Assembly (NCBI RefSeq): GCF_030144855.1
Contig: NC_082716.1
Location: 74,834,001 to 74,898,000, forward strand
DNA length: 64,000 nt
Direction of reading: 5' to 3'
Origin: Hypanus sabinus
Taxonomy: Eukaryota
Below the pieces are notes generated by a model. That model ran no database searches, was not told the origin of the DNA, and was given only the letters and a program-made list of their open reading frames with translations. Made by a program: the position numbers and the translations under genes. Positions 62,261-64,000 of the stretch are shown in pieces. Position 1 is the first letter of the stretch, and each line of letters begins with the position of its first letter.

Positions 62261-62716
62261 TTCAGATTATGCTTCTGCCGTCTCTTGTGTGGTCAACGTT
62301 TAGGAGCTGTGATTCAGTGATATGTACCGTGTCTTTGTGGAGATGACAGGTGTAATATTTCTTCATAAGACAGAGCTTTAAAGTTGCGAGTACTGATCTC
62401 GCATATCGAATTCAAAGCTACAAAATATTGTGGTCCAGTTAGGAAAGGGTAATTTGAGTAATAATGCAAACAAGCCTTAAATGTTGTTGCGATCAGGCCA
62501 CTTTAAAGCATTCTACTTTCAGAAAAAAAATTACAGCCATCTTTAAACCATCCATTTGATTTAAGCGTTTTTGTATCTTTTCTGTGGAAATGCCTTCCCA
62601 TAAGTTGTTCTTTTTTGCTGTACAATGACTGTTGTGTATACGTTTTTAAATTTTGTGCACACAATTGGGAGTGTATTAAATTTTAAAGTTGGTTCAATAA
62701 CATTTATATATTTCAG

Positions 62717-62780
62717 GATGCAAGGGTGTTCAGGTGGAAGAAATATGGAGTCTAGAACCAGAAAACTTTGACAAGTTGAA
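62717..62780 (+). CDS. UCHL5: UCHL5 exon 2 (gene continues beyond the window)
   Basis: Acceptor tttcag, 64 nt, (G)CKGVQVEEIWSLEPENFDKL(K), donor GTAAGT. Confidence 0.96.
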
Positions 62781-63922
62781 GTAAGTAACCAGATGTAATA
62801 AACTTTAAAATCAACATTAAATTAAAAATTGTATTTGGGCTCATCTGCACCCTGCTAATACTACATTCAGCAGTGGAACATGACAGACTACCTCTTGCAC
62901 TGTTATGGACTTGTTTCATGGGTTTTTGCTGTGTCTTGTTTTAGCATAGTCATTCCCCCCCCCCCCCCCCACTGTCTTGTATAACTTATGTATAATTAAT
63001 GTTTATTTGTTACCTGAATATACATGCCTGTGATTCTGCTGCGGGCCTGTACCTCATCATACTTGTGCATATGACTATAAACTTGATTTGTCTTTACTTG
63101 GGTTTTAGCTTCATGCTGAAAAAGTACTAATTTGATGCTTTGAGGGGAGATAAGTATTTGGTAAAAATTGAAATGATTAGTTATGAATTATAAAGAATCA
63201 GGCCAATGTGATAGGAAAACTAGGCAGGTCCTGATTAACCTGGTAGTGTTGAATGATACACAAGGAAGAAGGGGAATATAGCATTTTTAATTGGGTTGGA
63301 AAGGATCAAAGGATGTTTGCTTAGGAATCTTCAAAAGTGGCAGAGTAAATTGAGGAAAACAATAATCTCTTTAAATATAAGCAGAGTATCCAAGTAAGTG
63401 CTCAAAGCTTTTATAGTATGTTAAGTTAGTCCAGGTGAATTATTGTCTGAAATTTTGGTCACTGTTTCTTTAAGTAAGCGCTAGGTCAGTTCCTCAAAGA
63501 AGTTAGAGATTTACTAGTGTAGTTCAAAGGATGATAGTCTTTAGTATGTAGAGAGATTAGATAAAGAGATGCAAGGGAATCAGAGACATGAGATTTTGAT
63601 GAAGGGTCTCAACCTGAAACTGTATATTTCTCTTCATGAATGTTGCATGATCTGCTGAGTTCCCTCGGCATGTTGGGTGTCATTCAAAGATGTAGGAGTT
63701 GCTTCTCTTGGAGCTTGAAGATTAAAGAGTTCTTTGATAGAAACTGTTGAGTGTTTTGCAACAGTCTGATAATTTAAATTCACTATTCATATTATTTTTG
63801 TCATTTGATATTCATTTAACTGAAACTAAATCACTCAACTGCCCTGTTAGTATTTTAGTATTTAACTGTCCTGTTAGTTAATGGATCTTAATTTCAGGCC
63901 TGTGTGTTTCTGGTATGGTAAC

Positions 63923-64000
63923 TGTGGTGAACTACATATATACCTGTCTGGACATGCCCCCTGCTGACTGCTCCTGTGACTCCTCCCACAGACCCCTGTA
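63923..64000 (+). mobile_element. 5' start of an LTR (same family as 58654-58809), truncated by the window end
   Basis: Begins TGTGGTGAACTACATATA, matching TGTACTGAACTACATATA of the nested LTR. Confidence 0.6.

Noticed and set aside
63596-63620. Active sense-strand hammerhead in UCHL5 intron 2
   Set aside because: The core C3 is mutated (TTGATGA), and the cleavage triplet and stem I are deleted.
1-64000. Y RNA or tRNA genes next to RO60, as in bacterial Rsr-Y RNA-RtcB loci
   Set aside because: I saw no GGCTGGTCCGA-type Y RNA stem or Pol III cassette by eye. The locus is a spliced vertebrate gene, and vertebrate Y RNAs are unlinked. An Infernal scan would be decisive.

Overview
Vertebrate genomic DNA, AT-rich and repeat-dense. 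The repeat repertoire (CR1, Rex1/Babar, Penelope with hammerhead termini, Tigger, V-SINE) suggests a cartilaginous fish, probably a ray; this is inference. The window holds the conserved GLRX2(+) / RO60(-) / UCHL5(+) cluster. GLRX2 has 3 coding exons and encodes 129 aa. RO60 (TROVE2) is complete, with 9 coding exons and 554 aa. UCHL5 exons 1-2 are present and the gene runs off the end. All exon boundaries were read manually and all are GT-AG and in phase. The rest is mostly nested transposable elements, plus a 160-N assembly gap. Top observation: this glutaredoxin-2 has no mitochondrial presequence in the window, and it carries both an N-myristoylation motif (MGGLFS) and a C-terminal geranylgeranylation CaaX box (CILL-stop), predicting a doubly lipid-anchored membrane glutaredoxin. 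Other notable points: RO60 starts in exon 1; RO60 and UCHL5 have separate promoters split by about 8.5 kb of TEs; a near-full-length sense L1 sits just before the last RO60 exon; inverted young CR1 copies flank an in-frame RO60 exon 2-4 block; and there are hammerhead ribozyme relics, a 62-bp hairpin and an LTR-in-LTR-in-LINE nest.
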